Shown one piece after another: positions 46,339 through 56,115 of a DNA stretch of 64,000 nucleotides. This DNA comes from an uncultured Alphaproteobacteria bacterium (GTDB lineage: Bacteria > Pseudomonadota > Alphaproteobacteria > Rs-D84), in contig CALXMY010000002.1 of assembly GCA_944389595.1 (NCBI GenBank), forward strand, positions 150,338 through 214,337, written 5' to 3'. Numbering within the stretch: position 1 is the stretch's first letter; each line of letters opens with the position of its first letter. The notes under the pieces were generated by a model, which did no database searches, was not told the origin of the DNA, and saw nothing but the letters and a program-made list of their open reading frames with translations. Both the position numbers and the translations under genes were made by a program.

Positions 46339-47235
46339 ATGAAAAAATTACTGTCATTTTTTGCAATATTAATGGTTGCATCGCCCGCATTGGCAATGAA
46401 TGTGACGAATCAGGCACGGCGTTCTGTGGCGGCACAAATGGTGGCCCCGGCACCACGTGCAACCGCGTCAACAAATCAGATTACGGCCATGGCCAATGCA
46501 AATGCACCGGCCGGCAGTGCGGTTGTTGATATGTCCAGTATTCGTGTGCCGGTTGGTAATGGAACGGTTGATAATAATAATGGTGGTGATGGCGGCGATA
46601 ATAACCAGGGCGGTAATGGTGGCAATAATAATGAAAAGCCAGAGTGGCAAAAGCAAAAGGAAATTTGTCTGAATAATAATATCGGCGTGGGAAATACATA
46701 TGTTTGGGCTTCGCGGTACAGTAATACAAATAATTATGCATCAATGGTAGAGGATGTAAATAACCCTGAAAATAATGTTTGTTTTGTGTTGGTGGAAATT
46801 AAATCGGCCGACCCCAGAATAAGTGTATCTGATGTGCCGGATAAATATTTCCAAATGGGGCAAAACATAACATGTGGCAGCTGGGCCGATGCGGATGTAT
46901 TGCGTCAACGTATTTTGGACGCAAAAAAATCAGGGCGCACATGGGCAACCGTTGGTGGTGCGGTTGGCGGTGCCGGTTTGGGTGTCGGTATGATGGAATT
47001 ATTTGGTAACAGTTTAATTGGTGGTTCGGTTGAGGGGCAAAAGGCTTTATCTGGTGATGCGCAGTTAATGGCACAATTGCGTGCATTGAAAAATAAAAAT
47101 TCTGCGGAATTTGATCAGTTTATCAAGGCATTGCGCACATTAAGGACGGAATGCAACAAGGATATATGGCAATCAGACATGCCCGCCGAATGCACTCAAT
47201 ATAATTATGAATATTTGCTGAATGCGGCAAATTAG
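46339..47235 (+). CDS. Secreted Gly/Asn-rich hypothetical protein
   Basis: Signal peptide MKKLLSFFAILMVASPALA; low-complexity NNNGGDGGDNNQGGNGGNNN; Cys pairs. Confidence 0.5.
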   Translation: MKKLLSFFAILMVASPALAMNVTNQARRSVAAQMVAPAPRATASTNQITAMANANAPAGSAVVDMSSIRVPVGNGTVDNNNGGDGGDNNQGGNGGNNNEKPEWQKQKEICLNNNIGVGNTYVWASRYSNTNNYASMVEDVNNPENNVCFVLVEIKSADPRISVSDVPDKYFQMGQNITCGSWADADVLRQRILDAKKSGRTWATVGGAVGGAGLGVGMMELFGNSLIGGSVEGQKALSGDAQLMAQLRALKNKNSAEFDQFIKALRTLRTECNKDIWQSDMPAECTQYNYEYLLNAAN

Positions 47236-47261
47236 TTCGTAAATTATAATAACTTTTTATC

Positions 47262-47290
47262 CCGCGAAAAAAATCGCGGGATTTTTGTTT
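47262..47290 (+). terminator. Rho-independent terminator
   Basis: cccgcgaaaaaaatcgcggg followed by atttttgttt. Confidence 0.6.
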
Positions 47291-47324
47291 GAATTAGATG
47301 TGATAATTCATTTATAGTACAAAC

Positions 47325-48353
47325 ATGACAGATAATGATTTATTTAAACGGTTATTGATTTTGCGTACGCCCGGTGTTGGGCCGGTGCGGTATCGTGAAT
47401 TAATCAAACAGTTTGGTGGTGTGGATGCGGCCGCCGATGCGGTTGAACAAAGCGATTCGATTCGTGATGCTGTTTTACGTGAAATTGAAAATGCCAAAAA
47501 ATTGAATGTATATTATATATGTGATGATATGCCCGAATATCCAATCCAATTGCGGAAATTAAAAAATCATCCGCCGGTGTTAAGTGTTCGTGGAAATATT
47601 ACAACTTTGTCACGACCAACGGTTGGAATCGTGGGCACGCGTCATGCAACAGCGGCGGGAATGGGGTTTGTGGCCGAATTGGCACAAAAATTTGCCGAAC
47701 ATAATATTGTGGTGGCATCTGGGATGGCGATGGGCACCGATACCGCGGCGCATCGTGGTGCGTTGCGGGCCAATGGTGAAAATCAAACAATTGCCATATT
47801 GGCGGGCGGGGTTGATTCAATATGGCCATTGGAAAACGAATCGCTGTATTGGGAAATTATTGCGCGTGGCGCGGTTATCAGTGAAATGCCGGTTGGGTTT
47901 GCGCCAATGGCACAAAATTTTGTTCAACGTAATCGATTAATCGCCGGAATCAGCGAAAAATTAATATTGGGCGAGGCTGATTTAAAATCGGGCAGTATGA
48001 CAACCGTGCGATTCGCAATACAGGCAAATCGGGAAATATGGGCAATACCGTCGCATCCGTCGGATTCCCGGGCCGCGGGGCCAAATTCATTGATAAAATC
48101 GGGCGCGGCAAGGTTGTGCAGTGGACAAAGTGATTTTTTTAAAAATGAAAAAAAGACATTCATAAATGTTAAAAATGAAAAAAATTTCGATTCGGAAAAT
48201 CCGATATTGGATGCATTAGGAATGATTCCTGTGTCTGAATCTGTATTGTCAGAAATTGTCAAAAAAACGATTTCGGAAATAAAGTCTGAATTGGTTGTTT
48301 TGGAATTACAGGGATTGGTGCGAAAAGTTGACGGTGGTTATGTTCGCGTGTGA
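47325..48353 (+). CDS. dprA: DNA processing protein DprA (Smf)
   Basis: Rossmann-like core VVASGMAMGTDTAAHRGAL ... ILGEADLKSGSMTTVRFA. Confidence 0.75.
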   Translation: MTDNDLFKRLLILRTPGVGPVRYRELIKQFGGVDAAADAVEQSDSIRDAVLREIENAKKLNVYYICDDMPEYPIQLRKLKNHPPVLSVRGNITTLSRPTVGIVGTRHATAAGMGFVAELAQKFAEHNIVVASGMAMGTDTAAHRGALRANGENQTIAILAGGVDSIWPLENESLYWEIIARGAVISEMPVGFAPMAQNFVQRNRLIAGISEKLILGEADLKSGSMTTVRFAIQANREIWAIPSHPSDSRAAGPNSLIKSGAARLCSGQSDFFKNEKKTFINVKNEKNFDSENPILDALGMIPVSESVLSEIVKKTISEIKSELVVLELQGLVRKVDGGYVRV

Positions 48354-48789
48354 AAAAAATCTTGTCTATACATTGTATATACAACGCGCGGAAATCCGGC
48401 AAAAAAACGAATCGTTGTCAAAAAATAAATGTTGAAAAATTGTTTAACAAACTGTTGCAATGTCGAATTAATCTTATAACTTATCTGACGTATCCAAACG
48501 ATTGAGAGTTAATCCCAATCAAAATAAACAGGCGGGTGACATAAAATAATTTTCGTGTTACCCCGGCGCACAGAGAGAGATGATAAATTGCGGTGTCGAT
48601 TTATAACAGCAGTGTGATAAATCAACATGCCAATTTATAAAAGGGCGCAAAAGAGAGAGTTAAATGTAGGGCATAACATAAATACTAAATTTTTATGTAA
48701 CAGTAAAATTTAGCGTTTATGTGCGGGTGGTTTTTATACCCCTGGGGGCATGTGAAACCCTTTGTCAAAGGAAGGAAAGGAGGAAAAAC
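48354..48789. promoter_or_regulatory. Candidate oriC / dnaA upstream control region (tentative)
   Basis: 436-nt non-coding AT-rich region directly upstream of dnaA with weak DnaA-box-like 9-mers (tgtgataaa approx 48613, ttatctgac approx 48481, gatgataaa approx 48580). Confidence 0.3.
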
Positions 48790-50076
48790 ATGATGCAGAC
48801 AGCGGCAATAAAAACAATGGTGGATTTGAATCAAGTCAAGGGGGCCATTGCCGCAAAAATGGATTCTGCTGGGTTTACATCATGGATTGCGCCGTTACAG
48901 TTTGATGTTTGTGATGATACATTGGTTTTAACCGCACAAAATCAATTTTCTGCTGATTTTATTGGGGCTGTTCATAAAAACGTTTTAACGGATGTGGCAA
49001 ATCAATTTGGTTTGGGTTTAAAAATTGCGGTGCGTGGTACGGCTGTGTCAGCATCGGTTGCGAACGACAATAATATTCAATCATATACACCGGCGACGGA
49101 AACAAATACGCACACAAACACATTAAACGCATTTGATTCATTTGTATGTTGTGATGAAAATGCATTTGTGTTGTCGGCATGTAAAAAAATAGCGGCGGGG
49201 ACGGTTTCGTTTTCGCCACTGTTTATTTATGGTGTGGCGGGGTGCGGAAAATCGTTGTTGATGGATTGCATTGAAAATGCCGCCGCGGGGCGTGTAATAA
49301 AAATGTCGGGGGGACAGTTTGTTTCCGAATTTACGCGTGCATTGCATGATCGCACAATTTTCGCATTCAAGGATTTTTGTCGCAATTGTGACACATTTAT
49401 ATTGGATGATGTTCAATCATTGGCGGGCAAGCGGGCAACATGTGCGGAATTTGCACAATTGGTTATGGATTTGCGTGCGGCGGGTAAAAATGTTGTTTTA
49501 ACCGCAAATGTGGCACCGGGTAATTTGAACGGATTTGATCGCCGTACACAATCATTATTGGCATCGGGGTTGGTTGCCGATGTTATGGGGCCGAATGAAA
49601 ATGTGCGTCGTGTTATGTTGATGCGCGCGGGCGTTTCGGCAAATACTGCGGCGGAAATTGCATCGCATATTTCGGGCGATGGGCATTTGGTTGCGGGTGT
49701 TGCAATGAAAATTAAAACATATGCCGAATTAATGGGTGAAAATGTAACAATGGATGTTGCACAGCATTTATTATCAGATACATTGCAAAAATCAAAAACA
49801 CCGATTGCAATGGTTAAAATGATGTGTGAAAAATTGGGTGTGGCGTATGATGCGGTATGTGGTCGCGGGCGCAGTCGGGCAATTGTATTGGCGCGCCAGA
49901 TTATGATGGTGGTGTTGAAAAGTGCGACAAATTTGTCATTAAGTGAAATTGGGTGCGTATGCGGGGATCGTGATCATGCAACAGTGGTGTATGCAATTGC
50001 ACAAATTGAAAAATTAAAAAAGTCTGATTTGGTTTTGGCGGCGCAAATTAATCAATTGATTGCGGAATGCAAATAA
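48790..50076 (+). CDS. dnaA: Chromosomal replication initiator protein DnaA
   Basis: AAA+ box FIYGVAGCGKSLL; domain IV GRGRSRAIVLARQIMMVVLKSATNLSLSEIGCVCGDRDHATVVYA. Confidence 0.85.
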   Translation: MMQTAAIKTMVDLNQVKGAIAAKMDSAGFTSWIAPLQFDVCDDTLVLTAQNQFSADFIGAVHKNVLTDVANQFGLGLKIAVRGTAVSASVANDNNIQSYTPATETNTHTNTLNAFDSFVCCDENAFVLSACKKIAAGTVSFSPLFIYGVAGCGKSLLMDCIENAAAGRVIKMSGGQFVSEFTRALHDRTIFAFKDFCRNCDTFILDDVQSLAGKRATCAEFAQLVMDLRAAGKNVVLTANVAPGNLNGFDRRTQSLLASGLVADVMGPNENVRRVMLMRAGVSANTAAEIASHISGDGHLVAGVAMKIKTYAELMGENVTMDVAQHLLSDTLQKSKTPIAMVKMMCEKLGVAYDAVCGRGRSRAIVLARQIMMVVLKSATNLSLSEIGCVCGDRDHATVVYAIAQIEKLKKSDLVLAAQINQLIAECK

Positions 50077-50082
50077 TAATAT

Positions 50083-50108
50083 GCCACAAAATGTGGCACT
50101 TTTTTTTA
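50083..50108 (+). terminator. Rho-independent terminator after dnaA
   Basis: gccacaaaatgtggc followed by acttttttttatt. Confidence 0.65.
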
Positions 50109-50229
50109 TTTATGATGAAAATTCATTATTGGAATGATAATTAAAATATGATAAAATGCAGTATAATGAATGTAGTTTTATTATGCGAAAATAAATTTTG
50201 TTATTTTCGTCATAAAATGGGGGATAAAT

Positions 50230-51552
50230 ATGAAAAAGTTATTTTTAATTGTGACGGCATTTTGTGGAATATGCTTGTTTTCTGGACACGGCATGGCCAA
50301 CGTGGGTTGTGTGCCGACCAGTTGCGATGAAAGTATGGGGGACGACAGGTTAAATGCAAGTACGTTGGAGATTTCTGGCAAGGCCAGAAGACAGGCGGGT
50401 TCATGCTTTATCTGTGAACCCGGTTTTTGCGAAGATGGTGATATTGTTTATACCGCCGATTTTTCAAAATTTGCAGTTTGCAGACAGTCGCATGGGTGGG
50501 TTGGCAATGATCGCTGGCTGGAATTTACGCCAAAGCATTGCGCACTTGAAGAAGATTTAACCGCTGCATATAATCGTGGTAATACGAATGGTTTACACAA
50601 ACGCTGGAAGGTTAATGGTGTTGAATATGGGGAAACACAAGATACATTGAATAATTCCACAACGACAAGGGCCGGACAAGATATATGTTATTATTATACG
50701 TGTCCAGATGGCATGACATATAATGTAGAAAAAATGCAATGTGTTAGTGATGAACCGGAAACAGTAGTTGTTGTGCCAGTAGAGGCGACAACACCACCGG
50801 CACAAACAACAGTTACGCCACCGGCAAATACCACAACGCCCGGCACCAGCAGTAATTGCGAGGCCAGATGCAAGGGCATGACCGGGGAAAGACGTTCGCA
50901 GTGTGTTACATGTTGTGCCGTGTCGCGAAGTGTTGCGGAATGGCGGGATCCAAAATGTGTATGTGTTGACAATACCAAGGTGTGGGATGTGGAAACTGCG
51001 CAATGTGTGACACCAACGCCAACACAACCAACCCAACCGGTTCAACCAGTTGCGGATTATGAATGTTCGGCCAGTATGATTAGCCAATTAAATGTGTGGA
51101 TTGATAATTACCCGGATTGTGTTGTGCAAATAAATAATTTGATTGAATATTGTGATTCCGACCCACAGGCATCAGAAGCAAACAGTATATATGCACAAAT
51201 ACAACAATGTGTAAATAATGCCCAGGCCGCAGCAGAAGCAGCCCAGGCAACCGCTTTGTTGCAATCACAAAATGCATCGCGCCAAAATATTACAAGTGCG
51301 ATTTCAACATTGGATGGAATTAAATCTGGATTGAAAGTGACCGTGTGGCGTGACGAAGAAGGTAAATTTAATACATCACGTTTGCTGTCTGATTCCATTG
51401 CGGGTGTGGTTTTGGGAACCGCCGGCGGATTGATTACCAGTAATGTTGTAAAGAAAAATCAGGTCGAAGACGGATTCGAAGATTTACAATGCGCCATCGG
51501 TGGCCAGGCTGTGGCCGGATGGGGCGACGAGTTCCGCGTCGGTATCCAATAG
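50230..51552 (+). CDS. Secreted Cys-rich protein with Thr/Pro-rich linkers, hypothetical
   Basis: Signal peptide MKKLFLIVTAFCGICLFSGHGMA; >30 Cys; TTPPAQTTVTPPANTTTPG and TPTPTQPTQPVQP linkers. Confidence 0.5.
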   Translation: MKKLFLIVTAFCGICLFSGHGMANVGCVPTSCDESMGDDRLNASTLEISGKARRQAGSCFICEPGFCEDGDIVYTADFSKFAVCRQSHGWVGNDRWLEFTPKHCALEEDLTAAYNRGNTNGLHKRWKVNGVEYGETQDTLNNSTTTRAGQDICYYYTCPDGMTYNVEKMQCVSDEPETVVVVPVEATTPPAQTTVTPPANTTTPGTSSNCEARCKGMTGERRSQCVTCCAVSRSVAEWRDPKCVCVDNTKVWDVETAQCVTPTPTQPTQPVQPVADYECSASMISQLNVWIDNYPDCVVQINNLIEYCDSDPQASEANSIYAQIQQCVNNAQAAAEAAQATALLQSQNASRQNITSAISTLDGIKSGLKVTVWRDEEGKFNTSRLLSDSIAGVVLGTAGGLITSNVVKKNQVEDGFEDLQCAIGGQAVAGWGDEFRVGIQ

Positions 51553-51576
51553 AGAGAGTAAGATGGGGAAAACAAA

Positions 51577-51598
51577 AACACCGGCATATGCCGGTGTT
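51577..51598. terminator. Bidirectional terminator hairpin
   Basis: aacaccggcatatgccggtgtt between convergent genes. Confidence 0.6.
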
Positions 51599-51604
51599 TG
51601 TTCA

Positions 51605-52087
51605 TTAGTGTTGATTTTCGTTGATTTTATCAATGAATTTTTGACGAATTGCCATTTGCCGTTTAAAGTCACGGCGTGTGGCATGATTCATGCGTGATAT
51701 AAAATCCGGATCCATTGGGTTATGAACAACGCGATTTGTCGGAAATAACAGTGCAACCGTTTCGCGGGTATCCTTGTCCAGATATTCAACAATTGTGCGC
51801 GCCAATTTTTCGCCCATAACCGGTTTAAATATTTTAAATGAACATGCCATTTTGTATGCGGCCGGGTTTGGAAAATCCAGCCGCATTAAACCATTTGTTT
51901 GTCCGACAACAGGTTCGCCATTTATTGTTTCGATTATAAATGGTGTTGAACGCTGTGATTCATAATAAAATGCGCTGCCCGGGATTTTTACAACATATGT
52001 GTTTTTATCTTTCTTGCCTATGACAGGATTTTTTTTGTTGCTATCATTCATATCATGTGTCCTTTGTTCTGTTATAAAATAATACAA
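51605..52087 (-). CDS. Hypothetical protein
   Basis: 160-aa ORF (possible start at internal Met); no family assignment. Confidence 0.4.
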   Translation of the reverse strand: MYYFITEQRTHDMNDSNKKNPVIGKKDKNTYVVKIPGSAFYYESQRSTPFIIETINGEPVVGQTNGLMRLDFPNPAAYKMACSFKIFKPVMGEKLARTIVEYLDKDTRETVALLFPTNRVVHNPMDPDFISRMNHATRRDFKRQMAIRQKFIDKINENQH

Positions 52088-52161
52088 AAATTATAATTGT
52101 CAAGTTGCATTGTGTGTATAATTAACATGTTGGTAAAATTAAAATTATCATAACGGGTTAT

Positions 52162-54141
52162 TTATACGAATAAATCCTTTACAAATTGGGCATGTTCGGT
52201 GATGAATTTAAAACGAAATTCCGGTTTTTTACCCATTAATTCGGAAACAATTGTGCGGGTTTTTTCCGTATCTTCGGCACCGTCGTCCGTGCGCGGGGGT
52301 AATTCAACGCGTATTAATCGCCGCGTTTTTGGCGACATGGTTGTTTCCTTTAATTGATTTGGCATCATTTCACCCAGGCCCTTGAATCGTGAAATTTCAA
52401 CCTTTTTATTTTTATATTTTGTGGATTTTAATTGTTCCAATTCTTCGTCCGTATCGACATATACCGATTCGGTGCCGCATGTTAATTTATACAGTGGCGG
52501 ACACGACAGGTATAAATGGCCGCCATAGATTAACTGGGGCATAACCTGGTAAAAAAACGCCATTAATAATGATGCGATATGGCTGCCGTCGACATCGGCA
52601 TCGGTCATAACAATAATTTTTTCATAACGCAGTTTTGATTCGTCCCAATCACGTGCCGTGCCGGCACCAATGATATCAATTAATTCGTTTAATTCCTTGT
52701 TCGCGCTGAAACGTTCGTCGGAATTGGAAATAACATTTAACACCTTGCCGCGCAGGGGCATGATTGCCTGGGTCGCGCGGTCGCGTGCCTGTTTGGCGGT
52801 GCCGCCGGCCGATTCGCCCTCTACAATAAACAATTCGGTGCCGTCCACGCCATGTTTTGAACAATCCGCCAATTTGGCCGGCATGCGAATACGCTTGGTC
52901 GGGGTTTTGCGGGCAATTTCCTTGACCTGTTTGGTTTTTATGCGGGCGTTTGCCAAATTTATTACAAATTCCAATACGGCGTTTGCCGTTTTGGGATCAG
53001 ATGCCAAAAATATTTCCCACGGATCGCGCAGCGCGTTTTCCGTATAGCGCGCAATTTCGGGGTTTGACAGTTTTTCCTTGGTCTGGCCCAAAAATTGCGG
53101 TGTTTTATAAAATACGGATACAATCGCCGCAACGGAATCGAACACATCATCGCTGATTATATTGGCGGCGGATTTATTATTTATTTTATCGCCATATGAT
53201 TTTATTCCACGGGTAATCGCGGATTTAAAACCCGTTTCATGTGTGCCGCCATCAACAGTTGCAATGGTGTTGCAATATGATGCAAAGAATCCGTCATCGG
53301 ATGCCGCGCCATTTTCATCTGTTAAAAATGTTAATGCCCATTCAACACGGCCTGATGAATCCGGGAAATCAACCGTGCCACTGAAAATTTTTGGCAAGAT
53401 GCGCGGTTTGTCGCGGGTGCGTTCATCCAAAAAATCCGCCACGCCATTTGGGTAATAAAAATCTGTTTGCGCGGGAATATTCATATCGTCGGTTAATAAT
53501 TCCGGATTACAAATCCATTTTACGCGCACGCCGCGTGACAAAAATGATTTAGCACGCGCCATGCGATAAATTTTAACCGGTTTGAATACCGCGTTTATGC
53601 CGAATATTTCATCGTCCAATGTGAAACGAATTTTTGTGCCATGATTTTTTGTTGCATCCCCACGGGTCATACAACTGGTTGGTTTGCCGCGCGAAAAAGT
53701 TTGCCGCCATTCGTAACCATCGCGGGAAATTGTTACAATCATTTCAGATGACAGGGCGTTTACAACCGAACTGCCCACACCGTGCAGACCACCACTGGTT
53801 TTATACACATTATTATTAAATTTGCCACCGGAATGCAGTGTGGTTAAAATAACCTCCAGCGCGGATTTGCCGGGGAATTTCGGATGTTCATCAACCGGAA
53901 TGCCGCGACCATCATCGGTAATTTCAATTGTTTTGGCATCAATCAGGTTCACGGTGATATTTTTAGCATAGCCGGCAACAGCCTCGTCAATGGAATTGTC
54001 CAAAATTTCCACCGGTAAATGATGCCATGCCTTTTCATCTGTGCCGCCAATGTACATCCCAGGGCGCAGGCGAACCGGTTCCAGCCCTTCGAGTACCTGG
54101 ATATCTGATGCGTCATATGTATGTGTATTTTGTTCAGTCAT
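52162..54141 (-). CDS. parE: Type IIA topoisomerase B subunit, probably topoisomerase IV ParE (659 aa; lacks GyrB-specific insertion)
   Basis: GHKL ATPase N-terminus, EGDSAGG (EGESAGGT), Toprim PLRGK, DVDGSHI; length fits ParE rather than proteobacterial GyrB. Confidence 0.65.
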   Translation of the reverse strand: MTEQNTHTYDASDIQVLEGLEPVRLRPGMYIGGTDEKAWHHLPVEILDNSIDEAVAGYAKNITVNLIDAKTIEITDDGRGIPVDEHPKFPGKSALEVILTTLHSGGKFNNNVYKTSGGLHGVGSSVVNALSSEMIVTISRDGYEWRQTFSRGKPTSCMTRGDATKNHGTKIRFTLDDEIFGINAVFKPVKIYRMARAKSFLSRGVRVKWICNPELLTDDMNIPAQTDFYYPNGVADFLDERTRDKPRILPKIFSGTVDFPDSSGRVEWALTFLTDENGAASDDGFFASYCNTIATVDGGTHETGFKSAITRGIKSYGDKINNKSAANIISDDVFDSVAAIVSVFYKTPQFLGQTKEKLSNPEIARYTENALRDPWEIFLASDPKTANAVLEFVINLANARIKTKQVKEIARKTPTKRIRMPAKLADCSKHGVDGTELFIVEGESAGGTAKQARDRATQAIMPLRGKVLNVISNSDERFSANKELNELIDIIGAGTARDWDESKLRYEKIIVMTDADVDGSHIASLLMAFFYQVMPQLIYGGHLYLSCPPLYKLTCGTESVYVDTDEELEQLKSTKYKNKKVEISRFKGLGEMMPNQLKETTMSPKTRRLIRVELPPRTDDGAEDTEKTRTIVSELMGKKPEFRFKFITEHAQFVKDLFV

Positions 54142-54253
54142 AGCATAATATTATTAATACATTTCGAAAATTCTTGCAAGTGCTTTAAATCATCTTGATT
54201 TTTTTACAGTTATACTTATATATTTTGGGACAAGATAATTTTGGGACAGAAAA

Positions 54254-55384
54254 ATGAATAAAAATCCATATGAAGTTTTGGGCGTTGCACGAAATGCGTC
54301 GGATGATGAAATTAAAAAGGCTTACCATAAATTGGTGATGAAATATCATCCTGATCGAAATCCGGGTGACAAGGATGCCGAAGAAAAGTTTAAGGAAGTA
54401 AATAACGCGTTTGATATATTAAAAGATCCGCAAAAGCGGGCTGCGTATGACAGATTCGGTGATGCCGCGTTTGCCGGTGGAAATGCATCGGGGGCAAATC
54501 CCTTTGGGGCCGGTGGAAATCCATTTGGGGATGGCGCGTTCCATTTCAATATGGGCGGCGGTGCCGGAATGGACGATATCTTGCGCGAGGCAATGCGCGG
54601 ATTCGGTTTTGATATGGGCGGCGGGGATGCCCGTCGGAATGCCCAACGCCGTGGTCGCGATTTGTTGGATGATGTAACAATTGATTTGCGCGATGCGTAT
54701 TTTGGAACAACACATACAGTAAAATTTACAACAAATGTTGAATGTGAAAAATGCCACGGTTTTGGTACCGATGATGGCAAAGAGGCACCCGCGTGTCCGC
54801 GTTGTCATGGTTCGGGCTATGTGCGCACATCGCGTGGTTTCTTTGCAATGGAAACACCGTGTCCGGACTGTAATGGTTTGGGGCGCAAGATTGATAAAAA
54901 ATGTACCCAGTGTGATGGGGCGGGCGTGTTGCGGAAAACACGTACGTTGGATGTGAAAATTCCCGCCGGAATCGAAGATGGGGCGCGTCTGCGATTGGCC
55001 GGCCAGGGCGAGGCCGGGCAAAATGGTGCGCCGGCGGGCGATTTATATATAGATATTCATATCCGTCCGGATAAACATTTTATGCGTAATGGTGCAGATT
55101 TAATAACGCGCGCAGATGTGCCGTTTACTACATTGGCATTGGGTGGCGAAATTGAAATTGATACAATTGACGATAAGAAATTATCGGTCAAGGTTCCGGC
55201 CGGTACACAGGTTGGTGAAAAACTGCGCGTACGTGGGCATGGAATGCCAGGGCGGCGTGCGGGAACATTTGGTGATTTGTATATTGAAATAAATATGCCG
55301 GTGCCAACAAAATTAACAGATAAACAGAAAAAAATTCTGGCCGAATTTGCGGGCACAAAAAGTACCAAGAAAGGATGGTTTTAA
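54254..55384 (+). CDS. dnaJ: Molecular chaperone DnaJ
   Basis: J-domain with HPD (YHPDRNP), G/F-rich region, four CxxCxGxG zinc-finger repeats. Confidence 0.9.
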   Translation: MNKNPYEVLGVARNASDDEIKKAYHKLVMKYHPDRNPGDKDAEEKFKEVNNAFDILKDPQKRAAYDRFGDAAFAGGNASGANPFGAGGNPFGDGAFHFNMGGGAGMDDILREAMRGFGFDMGGGDARRNAQRRGRDLLDDVTIDLRDAYFGTTHTVKFTTNVECEKCHGFGTDDGKEAPACPRCHGSGYVRTSRGFFAMETPCPDCNGLGRKIDKKCTQCDGAGVLRKTRTLDVKIPAGIEDGARLRLAGQGEAGQNGAPAGDLYIDIHIRPDKHFMRNGADLITRADVPFTTLALGGEIEIDTIDDKKLSVKVPAGTQVGEKLRVRGHGMPGRRAGTFGDLYIEINMPVPTKLTDKQKKILAEFAGTKSTKKGWF

Positions 55385-55470
55385 AAATTGCGCTGGATGC
55401 ATGAAATACTGCATACAGCGCATTTTTTTTGTAATAAAAAATCCCGCCATTTTGACGGGATTTTTATATG

Positions 55471-56088
55471 TTATTTTTTTATTTGTTTTAATTTTTGAAC
55501 AAACGTAAATGTATATTGGGTTGCCGACCATACTGATGCAAATAATGCCAACCATATGCCCCATATACCAATGTATGTCAAAATATTTATTATACGCATG
55601 ATGGTGCCCTCGGCGTTTATGTCTGATACCAGTGTGCTGAGTGCAAATAACAACAAGAATGCGCATATTGCAATCATTTGTAATGTTGTTTTTATTTTAC
55701 CCATTGAAAAGCGTGCCTTGGGTACCGGCATTTCAATTTTTTGTGTGCCCAGGAATTCGCGCAGACCACTGATATACAATTCACGTGCAATCATTATTAT
55801 TATCGGCACGATTATAAACCACAGTGGTGTTAAAACGGTCAACATAATTAATGTATTTGCGACCAATAATTTATCACCAATATGATCCATTACGCCGCCC
55901 AATTTTGTGCATACATTATATTTACGGGCCAAAAATCCATCAAACCAATCCGACATTGCCGCCAATACAAATAAGCCAAATGACCACCAAAATAGTACCG
56001 GGTTATACAGTGAAAACATTAATAATGGAATCAGCGCAAATGCGGATGCAATGCGGAATGCTGATAAAAAATTTACAAAAAATTTCAT
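55471..56088 (-). CDS. pgsA: CDP-diacylglycerol--glycerol-3-phosphate 3-phosphatidyltransferase
   Basis: CDP-alcohol phosphatidyltransferase motif SDWFDGFLAR...GGVMDHIGDK. Confidence 0.75.
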   Translation of the reverse strand: MKFFVNFLSAFRIASAFALIPLLMFSLYNPVLFWWSFGLFVLAAMSDWFDGFLARKYNVCTKLGGVMDHIGDKLLVANTLIMLTVLTPLWFIIVPIIIMIARELYISGLREFLGTQKIEMPVPKARFSMGKIKTTLQMIAICAFLLLFALSTLVSDINAEGTIMRIINILTYIGIWGIWLALFASVWSATQYTFTFVQKLKQIKK

Positions 56089-56115
56089 AATATACTCCTT
56101 TTATATACCATGATA

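Noticed and set aside
46468-46744. His/Tyr/Ile-rich minus-strand ORFs opposite the Gly/Asn-rich region
   Set aside because: They are a mirror-image low-complexity translation of the GGN/AAT repeat on the coding strand, not independent genes.
52162-54141. Calling this gene gyrB because of proximity to dnaA
   Set aside because: At 659 aa it lacks the roughly 170-aa insertion of proteobacterial GyrB, and dnaN and recF are not adjacent. The length fits ParE, so it is kept as a tentative parE call.
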